Positions 9,073 through 17,529 are shown, numbered from the stretch's first letter. The stretch is 64,000 bases of DNA from Minisyncoccota bacterium (GCA_041665925.1 JBAYHW010000001.1:11282-75281); one strand, 5' to 3'. The notes: generated by a model from the sequence alone, not told the origin. Numbers and translations are program-made.

Positions 9073-10344
9073 TTAGTACTCTCGCATTGAAACTTGAGCA
9101 TCGACTTTTTTCATTAAGTCGAGGACTACGGAGACAACGATGAGCACAGATGTACCCCCTAAGGCTAGAGAGGCTATGCCGGTCATAGATTGCATAATTA
9201 GAGGCAACACGGCGATGAATCCAAGGAAAACAGCTCCAAGGAGAGTAATACGTGTCAAAACTTTAGAAATATATTCTGAGGTAGATGCACCTGGGCGAAT
9301 ACCTGGGATGAATGCCCCATTTTTCTGTAAGTTACTAGATAGCGCTTCGGGATCGAAAGTAACCGCTGTGTAAAAGTAAGTGAAAAGAAATACAAATAAA
9401 AAGTAGAGGATACCGTAGAGCAAGCTCGTCTGTGAAAACGAAAGCAAAACGCTAGAAATTTTTGCAAGAATAACATTAGAATATCGCGCCAAGAAAGTTC
9501 CAATCATTTGTGGGAAAAGCAAGATAGATAATGCAAAGATTATCGGAATAACTCCAGCCTGGTTTACGCGTAGGGGTATATAAGTAGACCCTCCACCATA
9601 CATCTTGGCTCCTCGCACACGCTTGGCATAAGTCACAGGTATAGGCCTCTCGGCTTCGGTCACAAGCACAATACCAGCTATAATCAAAACTCCAGCTACT
9701 GCAAACATCAAATAAAGTGGGATTTGAGAAACATCAAAGGTAAATGCGAGCTGACTTATGGTAGCTGGAAGTCTAGAAACGATACCCGCGAAGATGATAA
9801 GTGAGACTCCATTACCGATACCAAATTCAGAAACTAGCTCCCCTATCCACATGAGTAATACCGAGCCTGCGATAACGATAAATAGATTCGTAATCCGGTC
9901 AAAAGCAGTTAAATTTACTAAAATATTTTGCTGTTCCAAAATAAACAAAAGACTGAAACCTTGAATAGCTGCGAGCGGTACTGTCAGAAGTCGTCCATAT
10001 TGAGAAAATCTCTTTCTGCCGGCTTCTCCTTCTTCACTGTAGATTCTCTTTAGAGCTGGAACCATGATGGTCAAAAGTTGCATAATGATTGAGCCAGTGA
10101 TGTATGGCCCGACGCCGAGCATTATTATGGAAAGGTTAGAAAGTCCACCTCCCGAAAAAATATTTAAAATACCGAAAAACTGGTTATTGGTCAAAAACCT
10201 AGAAAGCTCTAAAGTATCTATACCAGGAATAGGGATAGCTGAAAGTAAACGAAATAAAACTAAGGCAAAAAGCACAAACAGCACTCTCTTGCGAAGGGTG
10301 ATATCTGTCCAGATTAATTTTATTTTACTCCAAAAATTTCCCAT
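9073..10344 (-). CDS. secY: preprotein translocase subunit SecY
   Basis: 10-TM SecY sequence, last gene of the spc operon. Confidence 0.9.
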   Translation of the reverse strand: MGNFWSKIKLIWTDITLRKRVLFVLFALVLFRLLSAIPIPGIDTLELSRFLTNNQFFGILNIFSGGGLSNLSIIMLGVGPYITGSIIMQLLTIMVPALKRIYSEEGEAGRKRFSQYGRLLTVPLAAIQGFSLLFILEQQNILVNLTAFDRITNLFIVIAGSVLLMWIGELVSEFGIGNGVSLIIFAGIVSRLPATISQLAFTFDVSQIPLYLMFAVAGVLIIAGIVLVTEAERPIPVTYAKRVRGAKMYGGGSTYIPLRVNQAGVIPIIFALSILLFPQMIGTFLARYSNVILAKISSVLLSFSQTSLLYGILYFLFVFLFTYFYTAVTFDPEALSSNLQKNGAFIPGIRPGASTSEYISKVLTRITLLGAVFLGFIAVLPLIMQSMTGIASLALGGTSVLIVVSVVLDLMKKVDAQVSMREY

Positions 10345-10357
10345 ATTTTTCTAACCC

Positions 10358-10660
10358 TTATTTTATTCTAATCTTCTTGCCTTTGATATTTAGACGTTTG
10401 CGAATCTCAGAAAATTTCTCTACTTTAGACGCAAGCTTATCTTTCTCGATAACTAGAACTTTTTGAATAGACTTGAACTGATATCCTCGATTCTTTGGCA
10501 ACTTCTTAATGATATCACGAAGTTCTGGGCGACGTTTATTCCCGGCACGAGCTGTCTGCCCCTTACCTCCACGACCAGAAGTCTTAGCGTGTTTACCGCC
10601 ACGGCCTACGATCCTGTCCTTTTTATTCTTATGTACTCTTTTTAGGTTATGTATTTGCAT
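10358..10660 (-). CDS. rplO: 50S ribosomal protein L15 (short, 100 aa)
   Basis: 'GRGGKHAKTSGRGGKGQTARAG' L15 N-terminal signature. Confidence 0.7.
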   Translation of the reverse strand: MQIHNLKRVHKNKKDRIVGRGGKHAKTSGRGGKGQTARAGNKRRPELRDIIKKLPKNRGYQFKSIQKVLVIEKDKLASKVEKFSEIRKRLNIKGKKIRIK

Positions 10661-10732
10661 CCCGGTACTAAAATTTTAATTTATAATCTTTATCTTTATG
10701 CCCCGTAATCAAAAATTTAGTACGGGACAGGT
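10661..10732 (-). repeat. 72-bp structured intergenic element, copy A (fills the rpsE-rplO spacer, ends at the rplO ATG)
   Basis: 68/72 identical to 35104..35175 in the same orientation relative to the flanking genes; internal hairpin CCCGTA/TACGGG. Confidence 0.6.
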
Positions 10733-10736
10733 ATAA

Positions 10737-11333
10737 TTACTTTTCTTGCTCGACTTCTGGCGCGATAACCTCTTTGTTGGCCACAACAATAGTTTCAGGA
10801 ATTATCTTTGTATACTTTGAAGACACTTGTGAGAGGGCAGACATTACAGCCTTGGCGTTGTTTAATTTGTTTTTACTATTAGATAATATTTTCCCAGTAA
10901 TATCTTTTACCCCAGAGAGCTTTACGATGTCGCGGACCACAGACCCGGCCACAAGCCCTCGGCCTTTGTTCGGCTTAAGCATCACGTATGAGCTTGAGAA
11001 TTTTGCGGAAAGTTCATGGGGAATAGACATGGTCTTAGTCAAATTTAGACGAATCATATTTTTCTTCGCATTTCGAAGGGCTTTATTTATAGCAAGCGCT
11101 GTATCTCCAGCTTTTCCTAAGCCTAGGCCGACACTTCCCTTTTTATCTCCCGCAACAAGCGCCACTGAGAAGGAAAATCGGCGTCCTCCAGCGACCACAC
11201 GAGTCACACGGCGAATGTTCAAAATCTTTTGGTCAAATTCCGGCTTGACTCTGTTGAAAGAGCCTCCGCCTCGGCGGCCAGAATTTCTTTTATCTCTATT
11301 ATTTCCTGTTGTGTTTGGTTTTGGTGTATCCAT
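10737..11333 (-). CDS. rpsE: 30S ribosomal protein S5 (N- and C-terminal extensions)
   Basis: 'RVTRVVAGGRRFSFSVALVAGDKKGSVGLGLGKA'. Confidence 0.9.
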   Translation of the reverse strand: MDTPKPNTTGNNRDKRNSGRRGGGSFNRVKPEFDQKILNIRRVTRVVAGGRRFSFSVALVAGDKKGSVGLGLGKAGDTALAINKALRNAKKNMIRLNLTKTMSIPHELSAKFSSSYVMLKPNKGRGLVAGSVVRDIVKLSGVKDITGKILSNSKNKLNNAKAVMSALSQVSSKYTKIIPETIVVANKEVIAPEVEQEK

Positions 11334-11340
11334 ATAATTA

Positions 11341-11703
11341 TTAAAATTCTAAACCTGCGGTTCTCGCTTCGTCCGCTACTAATTTGATACGTCCAGTATA
11401 TTTGAAGCCGTTGCGGTCAAAAACAACTTTCTTTATTTTAGCTTTTAAGCATTCAGCTGCAATAGCACGCCCAACTTCTTTTGCCCTCTCAGTCTTAGTT
11501 ATTTTCACGCCCGCCTTGCCTGACGCAAGTCGAGGCAGGTCACTCGCTTGTGCCAGAGTCTTCCCTGTAAGGTCATTGATAATCTGAGCATAGATAAATT
11601 TATTGGAACGAAAAACAGTCAGACGTGGACGCGCCTCTGTTCCTTTGATCTTGGTTCGGATCTTTTTCTTTAATCTTATTCTTTTGTCAGTTTTGTTTAT
11701 CAT
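11341..11703 (-). CDS. rplR: 50S ribosomal protein L18
   Basis: L18 motifs, operon position. Confidence 0.85.
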   Translation of the reverse strand: MINKTDKRIRLKKKIRTKIKGTEARPRLTVFRSNKFIYAQIINDLTGKTLAQASDLPRLASGKAGVKITKTERAKEVGRAIAAECLKAKIKKVVFDRNGFKYTGRIKLVADEARTAGLEF

Positions 11704-11711
11704 ATGTTGTT

Positions 11712-12245
11712 TTATACAGTTTTCTTACCCTGTTTGCGTCTGATAACTTCCCCTTCGTAACGCATACCTTTCCCTTTGTAAGGCTCAGGCTTCTTTAGCG
11801 CTCGAACAGCAGCAGTGAAACTTCCGACTAATTCTTTATCAATACCGGTAATCGTAATGTTGTTCTTTTCTGCTGTTGCGGTAATGCCTTCAGGAATTTT
11901 AACAATAACTGGATGAGAGAAACCAAGTGCAAAATGAAACTCTTTACCTTTGACTTCAGACTTAAACCCGACTCCTTCTAAGATTAATTTCTTCACATAA
12001 GGTGTCTCTACGCCTTTAATCATATTTTTAATATGAGAAGCATAAGTACCCCAGAGAGATTTAGAAAATTTATCGTTTCTTTTTATATTTAAAGTTATTG
12101 ATTTATCAGTCAAAGCTATGGTGATGTCATCACGAAAAGTTTTAGAAAGTGTACCCTTTGGGCCCACCACGGTGAAAATATTGCCATTGTTTGTGACTTT
12201 GACTCCTGCTGGTATTGAAATTTCTTGTTTTCCTATTCTACTCAT
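11712..12245 (-). CDS. rplF: 50S ribosomal protein L6
   Basis: L6 two-domain sequence, operon position. Confidence 0.9.
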   Translation of the reverse strand: MSRIGKQEISIPAGVKVTNNGNIFTVVGPKGTLSKTFRDDITIALTDKSITLNIKRNDKFSKSLWGTYASHIKNMIKGVETPYVKKLILEGVGFKSEVKGKEFHFALGFSHPVIVKIPEGITATAEKNNITITGIDKELVGSFTAAVRALKKPEPYKGKGMRYEGEVIRRKQGKKTV

Positions 12246-12251
12246 AAATTT

Positions 12252-12638
12252 TTACCAAATTCTAAATAAAGCCTCCCCTCCGACTTGTTCTTTGCGGGCT
12301 TCTTTCCCTGATAAAATTCCTTTTGGTGTTGAAAGTACTAGAAGTCCTGTGCCGTTTCTAACTGAATGAATATCTTTCATGCCGAAATATACCCGCCTAG
12401 ATTGTTTAGAAATTCTTTCCACTTCTGTAATTTTTGGTTTTTTATCTACATACACTAGAGCAACTTCTAAAACTGGCTGCCCTTTTTTTACTTTTTTGGA
12501 AACCTCAGACACATAACCAGCTTTCTTCAAGCATTCGCCGATAGCATTCTTCATCTTGGAATACGGAATTAAAACAGACTCCTTGCCTGCGAGGCTTCCG
12601 TTCTTCATTATTATTATCATGTTTGAAATTGAATCCAT
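12252..12638 (-). CDS. rpsH: 30S ribosomal protein S8
   Basis: S8 sequence, operon position. Confidence 0.9.
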   Translation of the reverse strand: MDSISNMIIIMKNGSLAGKESVLIPYSKMKNAIGECLKKAGYVSEVSKKVKKGQPVLEVALVYVDKKPKITEVERISKQSRRVYFGMKDIHSVRNGTGLLVLSTPKGILSGKEARKEQVGGEALFRIW

Positions 12639-12653
12639 ATGTTTATTTGAAAT

Positions 12654-12839
12654 TTACCAGCTTGATTTACGAACGCCTGGAAGCATTCCTTCGTTTGCTA
12701 ATTCGCGGAAACAGATACGGCAAATACCGAAGTCACGCATGAAAGCGTTCCCTCTCCCACAACGAAAACATCGATTTTTCGCTCGAGTGGAAAATTTAGG
12801 TTTCTTTTTGCTTCTTGCGATAACTGATGTTTTTGCCAT
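12654..12839 (-). CDS. rpsZ: 30S ribosomal protein S14 type Z (zinc-binding)
   Basis: 61 aa, '[23 protein letters not shown]'. Confidence 0.85.
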   Translation of the reverse strand: MAKTSVIARSKKKPKFSTRAKNRCFRCGRGNAFMRDFGICRICFRELANEGMLPGVRKSSW

Positions 12840-12844
12840 AAAAA

Positions 12845-12850
12845 ATTATA
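12845..12850 (-). promoter_or_regulatory. -10 TATAAT 5 nt upstream of the rpsZ ATG (leaderless-type); 10-bp palindrome GGAGCGCTCC at 12854..12863 lies in the spacer
   Basis: sequence match on the minus strand. Confidence 0.4.
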
Positions 12851-12996
12851 TCGGGAGCGCTCCGTTAATATCTCACTTTTTTTCTCCGAACCCTTATAAA
12901 ATAAGGCGTCGGAGGAGAAAAATGGATTAATCAGAGGGACATTCCCTTGCTATGATACTAGCAAATATAGACCAAATAGTCAAACGAGTCTATAAG

Positions 12997-13026
12997 TTAG
13001 AAATTCTTTGAGGGTTTTGGTATAAT
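12997..13026 (+). promoter_or_regulatory. tadA promoter: TTAGAA-N18-TATAAT, 6 nt before the ATG (leaderless-type)
   Basis: sigma70-like hexamers. Confidence 0.4.
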
Positions 13027-13032
13027 CACTAA

Positions 13033-13503
13033 ATGACAGATTCGAATATGGAAGTAAGTGATAGAGATATAATGTCTTTAGCTCTAAATGAAGCGATATC
13101 TGCTTTTGATAGGGGAGAGTGCCCCGTGGGTGCTGTCATAGTAAAAAATGGAATTATCATAGCAAAAACAAGCAATAGAGAAGAAGAGCTAAATGATCCT
13201 ACGGCTCACGCAGAAATTCTGGCACTAAGAGAAGCGGGTAAAATTCTCAATAAACACACTTTTCGTGACTGCGTAATCTATACAACCTTGTGGCCGTGCC
13301 CAATGTGCGCAAATGCTATGTTGAGAGCCAAAATTCCTAAAGTAATATGCGGAGCAAAATCTTTCAAATTCATCTACGAAGACACATTTAATCCCTCACA
13401 TGTGATTACAGAAGGACCAATTATGAATGATGAATGCAGGGATATCTTTGTTAAATGGGCAAAGAAAACAAACAGAGAGTTTATTTTAGAGGGTGATAGT
13501 TAA
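13033..13503 (+). CDS. tadA: tRNA-specific adenosine deaminase
   Basis: 'HAEILALREAG' and 'PCPMCANAM' CDA zinc motifs. Confidence 0.8.
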   Translation: MTDSNMEVSDRDIMSLALNEAISAFDRGECPVGAVIVKNGIIIAKTSNREEELNDPTAHAEILALREAGKILNKHTFRDCVIYTTLWPCPMCANAMLRAKIPKVICGAKSFKFIYEDTFNPSHVITEGPIMNDECRDIFVKWAKKTNREFILEGDS

Positions 13504-13512
13504 TAAACAAAA

Positions 13513-13530
13513 AATCCCCTTTCGGGGACT
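13513..13530. terminator. bidirectional intrinsic terminator (tcccc-tttc-gggga) between tadA and rplE
   Basis: GC hairpin with A-run upstream; reads as a strong T-tract for the minus-strand rplE transcript. Confidence 0.6.
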
Positions 13531-13542
13531 TTGGAGTAGGTT

Positions 13543-14109
13543 TTATTTCTTTTTATTGTCTTCTTCTTTTTTGAAAGGAATACCGAGGAGTTCGAAGAAG
13601 GCAGTACCTTCTTTTAAGTTTTTTGCAGTAGACACTAGGGTGATAGACATACCGAAAACATCGCGAATGTCTTCGTCAGCGGTTTCAGGGAAAATTGTGT
13701 GCTCTTTGATGCCGAGAGTAAGGTTACCGATATTGTCTACGGCTTTTCTGTTAATACCACGGAAGTCTTTCGTACGAGGAAGAGCTACGTTGATTAATTT
13801 TTCTAAGAAAGCAAACATCCTTTTACCACGAAGAGTAACCACAACCCCCACTGGGTCACCTTGGCGAATCTTGAAAGAAGAGATGGATTGCTTTGCTCCC
13901 CGGAGAGCCGTCTTCTGCCCGGTAATCTTGGCTAGTCTATCTGCCACAGCCTCATTTTTATTCTTATCTTTCTTGACCATTGTGCCTGTGCCTACATTCA
14001 GAACTACCTTCTCTAGTCTAGGAGACGCCATCATGTTTTTATAGTGAAAAACCTCTTTCATTTTTGAAAAGGCTTCTTTCTCTTTTTCTTTTACGGTTAA
14101 ATGTTTCAT
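13543..14109 (-). CDS. rplE: 50S ribosomal protein L5
   Basis: L5 sequence, operon position. Confidence 0.9.
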   Translation of the reverse strand: MKHLTVKEKEKEAFSKMKEVFHYKNMMASPRLEKVVLNVGTGTMVKKDKNKNEAVADRLAKITGQKTALRGAKQSISSFKIRQGDPVGVVVTLRGKRMFAFLEKLINVALPRTKDFRGINRKAVDNIGNLTLGIKEHTIFPETADEDIRDVFGMSITLVSTAKNLKEGTAFFELLGIPFKKEEDNKKK

Positions 14110-14128
14110 AATATATTTTTAAATTTAT

Positions 14129-14347
14129 CTATTCTGCTTTTTTAACATTGGAAGCATTGATAGGCATAGCCATGTTTATCATTGAGCCTTTCTCTCCAGA
14201 CTTCCTTGGGCGCTGGTGCTTTTTCATCATATTTAAACCTTCTACGATAACTTTATTATCTTTCGGCATCACGCGAACAACCTTGCCCTTTTTGCCTTTG
14301 TCTTTCCCAGCTATCAATATTACGTTGTCTCCTTTTTTGATTTTCAT
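14129..14347 (-). CDS. rplX: 50S ribosomal protein L24 (short form, 72 aa)
   Basis: 'KKGDNVILIAGKDKGKKGKVVRV...KVIVEGLNMMKKHQ' KOW domain. Confidence 0.75.
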   Translation of the reverse strand: MKIKKGDNVILIAGKDKGKKGKVVRVMPKDNKVIVEGLNMMKKHQRPRKSGEKGSMINMAMPINASNVKKAE

Positions 14348-14363
14348 ATTAATTTTATTTTTC

Positions 14364-14432
14364 TAATGTTTCGCCTTTTGTGATTTTTGAAGACCGTAGT
14401 AGGGCTAAAAAATTACAAAAGGCGAAACATTA
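14364..14432 (-). promoter_or_regulatory. perfect 18-bp inverted repeat (33-nt loop) in the rplN-rplX spacer
   Basis: TAATGTTTCGCCTTTTGT ... ACAAAAGGCGAAACATTA; rplX has no SD. Confidence 0.5.
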
Positions 14433-14439
14433 TTATACA

Positions 14440-14811
14440 TTATATAACCTCCTGCGCTAAAGAAATTATTTTCTGAAATCCTTTCTCGGCAAGCTCGCGG
14501 GGGATAGGTCCGAATACGCGTCCAGCCTTTGGATCCTTTTTGCCTTTTTCTAAAATAACCACAGCATTGTCGTCAAAACGAATATATGAACCATCTTTTC
14601 GTCTATAAGCTCCACGTGTACGAACGACGACAGCCTGATGTACGTCTTTCTTCTTCACCGCCTTTCGTGGGCTTGCAATTTTAACTGAGATGATGACTAT
14701 CTCGCCTAAAGTCGCATATCTCTTTTTTGAAGAGCCTAAAATTTTGAACACCTTTCCTACGGTGCCTCCGGCATTGTCTGTTATTTTTACTAAAGTTTCG
14801 TTTTGAATCAT
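14440..14811 (-). CDS. rplN: 50S ribosomal protein L14
   Basis: L14 sequence. Confidence 0.9.
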   Translation of the reverse strand: MIQNETLVKITDNAGGTVGKVFKILGSSKKRYATLGEIVIISVKIASPRKAVKKKDVHQAVVVRTRGAYRRKDGSYIRFDDNAVVILEKGKKDPKAGRVFGPIPRELAEKGFQKIISLAQEVI

Positions 14812-14815
14812 ATAT

Positions 14816-15076
14816 TTATTTTACTACTGTAAATCTTTTATCTTTGGAAATTGGTTTTGTTTCTCTGATAGAGACTTGATCTCCTACCTTAGAAGCATTG
14901 TTTTCATCGTGCGCTTTGTATTTCTTGCTAACTTTATAAAATTTTCCATAAAGTGGATGCTTGATAAAACGAGACACAGAAACGACGACAGTTTTGTTCA
15001 TCTTGTCTGACACGACTACACCTTTTAAAATGTTGCCTTTCTTGTCTGTATTTTCTTGTGTTGCTTTTTTGGCCAT
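14816..15076 (-). CDS. rpsQ: 30S ribosomal protein S17
   Basis: S17 OB-fold sequence. Confidence 0.85.
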   Translation of the reverse strand: MAKKATQENTDKKGNILKGVVVSDKMNKTVVVSVSRFIKHPLYGKFYKVSKKYKAHDENNASKVGDQVSIRETKPISKDKRFTVVK

Positions 15077-15080
15077 ATAA

Positions 15081-15272
15081 TTATTTGTTATTCATCTGGG
15101 TTAAAACTCTTGCGATCTCCTTTTTTAAAGCTGACATTTCTTTTACATTTTTAGATCTAGAACCTTCAGCCTTAAAATGTATCGAGCGAACTTCTTCTCT
15201 TAAAGTAGCTAGCTTCTTTACTAGTTCCCCTTCTTTCATGTCTTTTAAATTTTCTTTTGTTTTCTTTGCCAT
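15081..15272 (-). CDS. rpmC: 50S ribosomal protein L29
   Basis: 63 aa helical protein, operon position. Confidence 0.75.
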   Translation of the reverse strand: MAKKTKENLKDMKEGELVKKLATLREEVRSIHFKAEGSRSKNVKEMSALKKEIARVLTQMNNK

Positions 15273-15290
15273 ACTGTTTTTATTTGCAAA

Positions 15291-15719
15291 TTATTGCTTA
15301 TGCGCTCGGCTAACTATTCTCGTCTTAATCGGAAGCTTACTGCCAGCTTTACGTAATGCTTCGTGAGCTACATGCTCTTCTGCTCCGTCTACTTCGAATA
15401 TAATGCGTCCAGGTAAAACGTCAAAGCAGTATCCCTGTGGATCTCCCTTCCCCTTTCCCATGCCCACTTCAGCAGCTTTCGCGGTATAAGGTCGGTCTGG
15501 GAAAATACGTACCCAGTATTTACCAGTCTTGGTGAGCGTACGAGAAATCACTTTTCGGGCAGATTCAATCTGGTTGGACTTCACTCGGGCTTGAGATTCA
15601 GATTTTAAACCGTAAGAACCGAAGGAAAGTTTAATTCCGCGCGTGTCGGCAGAGCGAGACTTCGGATTGCTCCTCCCTGTTTGCCATTTTCTAAATTTTA
15701 CTTTTTTCGGAATTAACAT
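15291..15719 (-). CDS. rplP: 50S ribosomal protein L16
   Basis: L16 sequence. Confidence 0.9.
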   Translation of the reverse strand: MLIPKKVKFRKWQTGRSNPKSRSADTRGIKLSFGSYGLKSESQARVKSNQIESARKVISRTLTKTGKYWVRIFPDRPYTAKAAEVGMGKGKGDPQGYCFDVLPGRIIFEVDGAEEHVAHEALRKAGSKLPIKTRIVSRAHKQ

Positions 15720-15734
15720 AAATGCAATATAAAA

Positions 15735-16460
15735 TTAATCAATTTTTAAATTATCTTCTTTATCATTTTTCGGTGCAGTAGAATACGCAGTCTTGGTTGA
15801 CTTCTTGTCGGCAAAAATTTTACCACGGTAAATCCAGACTTTAATCCCGATAGTTCCGTAGGAAAGAATAGCCTTTTCTCTCTTGAAATCGATGTCCGCG
15901 CGGAAAGTCTGAAGTGGGATACTTCCCCTCTTAAGCTCTTCCGTACGAGCAATTTCTGCCCCACCCAAGCGGCCTCCGAGCACAACTCTCGCTCCTTCTA
16001 CGCCGTGGGCTTGCATAACCTTTTCAATGATTTGCTTGATAACTCGGCGATATGGTAGCCTTTTTTCTAGGCCTTCGGCAATCATATAAGCGACTATAGC
16101 TGCATCTGCTTCTGGATTTGAGACTTCCATAATTTCAAGTTTGAAATCTTCAGGTCGTGGAAGTTTCAAGTGATCCATCTTTTTCAAAATTTCTTCTTTT
16201 AGTTTTGTAGCTCCTTCACCGTTTCGGCCGATTATTAATCCTGGGCGTGAAGTCTTGATGATAAAACGAGTAGCTTTTCGGCTTCTTTCTATTTCAATAC
16301 TAGAAATATACATCCCACGCAATTTCTTTTCTAAATACTGACGAATAAGCACATCCCCTTTTAAATAAGTAACATATTTTTTAGGATCAGCAAACCAGCG
16401 AGACTTCCAGTCTCGGAGTATGATCAATCTATGTGCATATGGGTGAACAATTTTTGACAT
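15735..16460 (-). CDS. rpsC: 30S ribosomal protein S3
   Basis: KH + S3-C domains. Confidence 0.9.
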   Translation of the reverse strand: MSKIVHPYAHRLIILRDWKSRWFADPKKYVTYLKGDVLIRQYLEKKLRGMYISSIEIERSRKATRFIIKTSRPGLIIGRNGEGATKLKEEILKKMDHLKLPRPEDFKLEIMEVSNPEADAAIVAYMIAEGLEKRLPYRRVIKQIIEKVMQAHGVEGARVVLGGRLGGAEIARTEELKRGSIPLQTFRADIDFKREKAILSYGTIGIKVWIYRGKIFADKKSTKTAYSTAPKNDKEDNLKID

Positions 16461-16466
16461 ATAATT

Positions 16467-16850
16467 TTATTTTTTTGCTTTTTTAACTTTTACTCCTTTT
16501 GTTTCTTTGGTCTTTTTAATCTTGGCTACTTTTTCTGCTAAAAGGATGTTCAGGTGACTAGTGCGTTTGTTTATCCTGTGACCACTGCCCATGGCTGCTG
16601 GCATCATTCTCTTCATCGTAATACCTTTATCTACTCTAAGCTCTTTTATAAATAAATTCTCTACTTCTATGCCTTGCTGTTTCGCATTGGCTACGGCGGA
16701 CAGAAGAAGTTTCTTTATCGGTAATCCAGCACGCTTGGCTAAAAAATCTAATTCGGCAATAGCATCTCCTACATTCTTGCCTCGAATCAGCCCTGCGACT
16801 AAGCGAACTTTCCTCGGTGATTGTCTGTAATTTTTTAAAAATGCTTTCAT
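16467..16850 (-). CDS. rplV: 50S ribosomal protein L22
   Basis: L22 sequence. Confidence 0.85.
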   Translation of the reverse strand: MKAFLKNYRQSPRKVRLVAGLIRGKNVGDAIAELDFLAKRAGLPIKKLLLSAVANAKQQGIEVENLFIKELRVDKGITMKRMMPAAMGSGHRINKRTSHLNILLAEKVAKIKKTKETKGVKVKKAKK

Positions 16851-16861
16851 TTTATTTAAAA

Positions 16862-17209
16862 TTATTTCTTCTTAGCGTCATCGGCTGTAGCTGTTGCAGA
16901 TTTTGCTTGTGCAATTTCAGCTTCTTTTTTCTTCATTTCTAATTCTTTCTGCATCTTTCCTCCGTGTTTCATAAATTTCTTTGTTGGTGAAAATTCTCCA
17001 AGTCTGTGGCCCACCATATCTTCGGTGACGAGTACTTCTATGTGAGTCTTGCCGTTATAAACGCCGAAAGTAAAACCAAGCATCTCAGGAGATATCATAC
17101 AAGCGCGCTTCCAGGTCTTGACCATTGGTGTCTCAAGCGGATTTTTGCCAGCTATTTTTTTAAGTAGCCTTTCGTCAATATTTAATCCTTTTTTGATTGA
17201 TCTTGTCAT
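16862..17209 (-). CDS. rpsS: 30S ribosomal protein S19 (Lys/Ala-rich C-terminal extension)
   Basis: 'GKTHIEVLVTEDMVGHRLGEFSPTKKF'. Confidence 0.9.
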   Translation of the reverse strand: MTRSIKKGLNIDERLLKKIAGKNPLETPMVKTWKRACMISPEMLGFTFGVYNGKTHIEVLVTEDMVGHRLGEFSPTKKFMKHGGKMQKELEMKKKEAEIAQAKSATATADDAKKK

Positions 17210-17238
17210 AAAAAATAGCTCCTAACGAGCTTGGTTTT

Positions 17239-17266
17239 ATAATAGCAAATTTGGAAAATAAGTCAA
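17239..17266 (-). promoter_or_regulatory. rpsS promoter: TTGACT-N16-TATTAT, then SD AGGAG 9 nt before the ATG
   Basis: near-consensus sigma70 hexamers directly downstream of a terminator. Confidence 0.55.
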
Positions 17267-17268
17267 AT

Positions 17269-17335
17269 AAAAAGAAACGGGCCTCGATGTTGTCTCGAGG
17301 CCCGGGGTGGGAGGAGTTCAGGACCGCGCGGTCCT
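17269..17335 (-). terminator. double GC hairpin plus U-tract (AGGACCGCGCGGTCCT; GGGCCTCGA-n7-TCGAGGCCC-GUUUCUUUUU) ending the GC-island transcript
   Basis: 9-bp perfect GC stem followed by a T-run on the minus strand. Confidence 0.6.
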
Positions 17336-17364
17336 CAACTCTATCCCGGATGGTGCGGGGGGTC

Positions 17365-17529
17365 CTAGCGGGTATCGGAGCTGGACGCGGTGGAGCAGGC
17401 CATGTTGGCCTTGATCCGAGAGATGGACCGAGCGAACGGTGTCGCCTGGAACTTGTCCCTCGCGTGGGCCTCCTTGGCCTTTCTCGCGTTCTGCTCTTTG
17501 ATGGTTTCCCGAGAGGAGTGGTGGTTCAT
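17365..17529 (-). CDS. GC-rich 54-codon ORF with SD 'GAAGGGGG' 5 nt upstream (MNHHSSRETIKEQNARKAKEAHARDKFQATPFARSISRIKANMACSTASSSDTR); may instead be a structured RNA
   Basis: read from sequence; below the ORF-track cutoff; flanked by a terminator; ~65% GC in a 35% GC genome. Confidence 0.3.
   Translation of the reverse strand: MNHHSSRETIKEQNARKAKEAHARDKFQATPFARSISRIKANMACSTASSSDTR

Noticed and set aside
15746-15985. 79-aa minus-strand ORF in an alternate frame within rpsC
   Set aside because: Out-of-frame overlap with ribosomal protein S3, and no independent signal.
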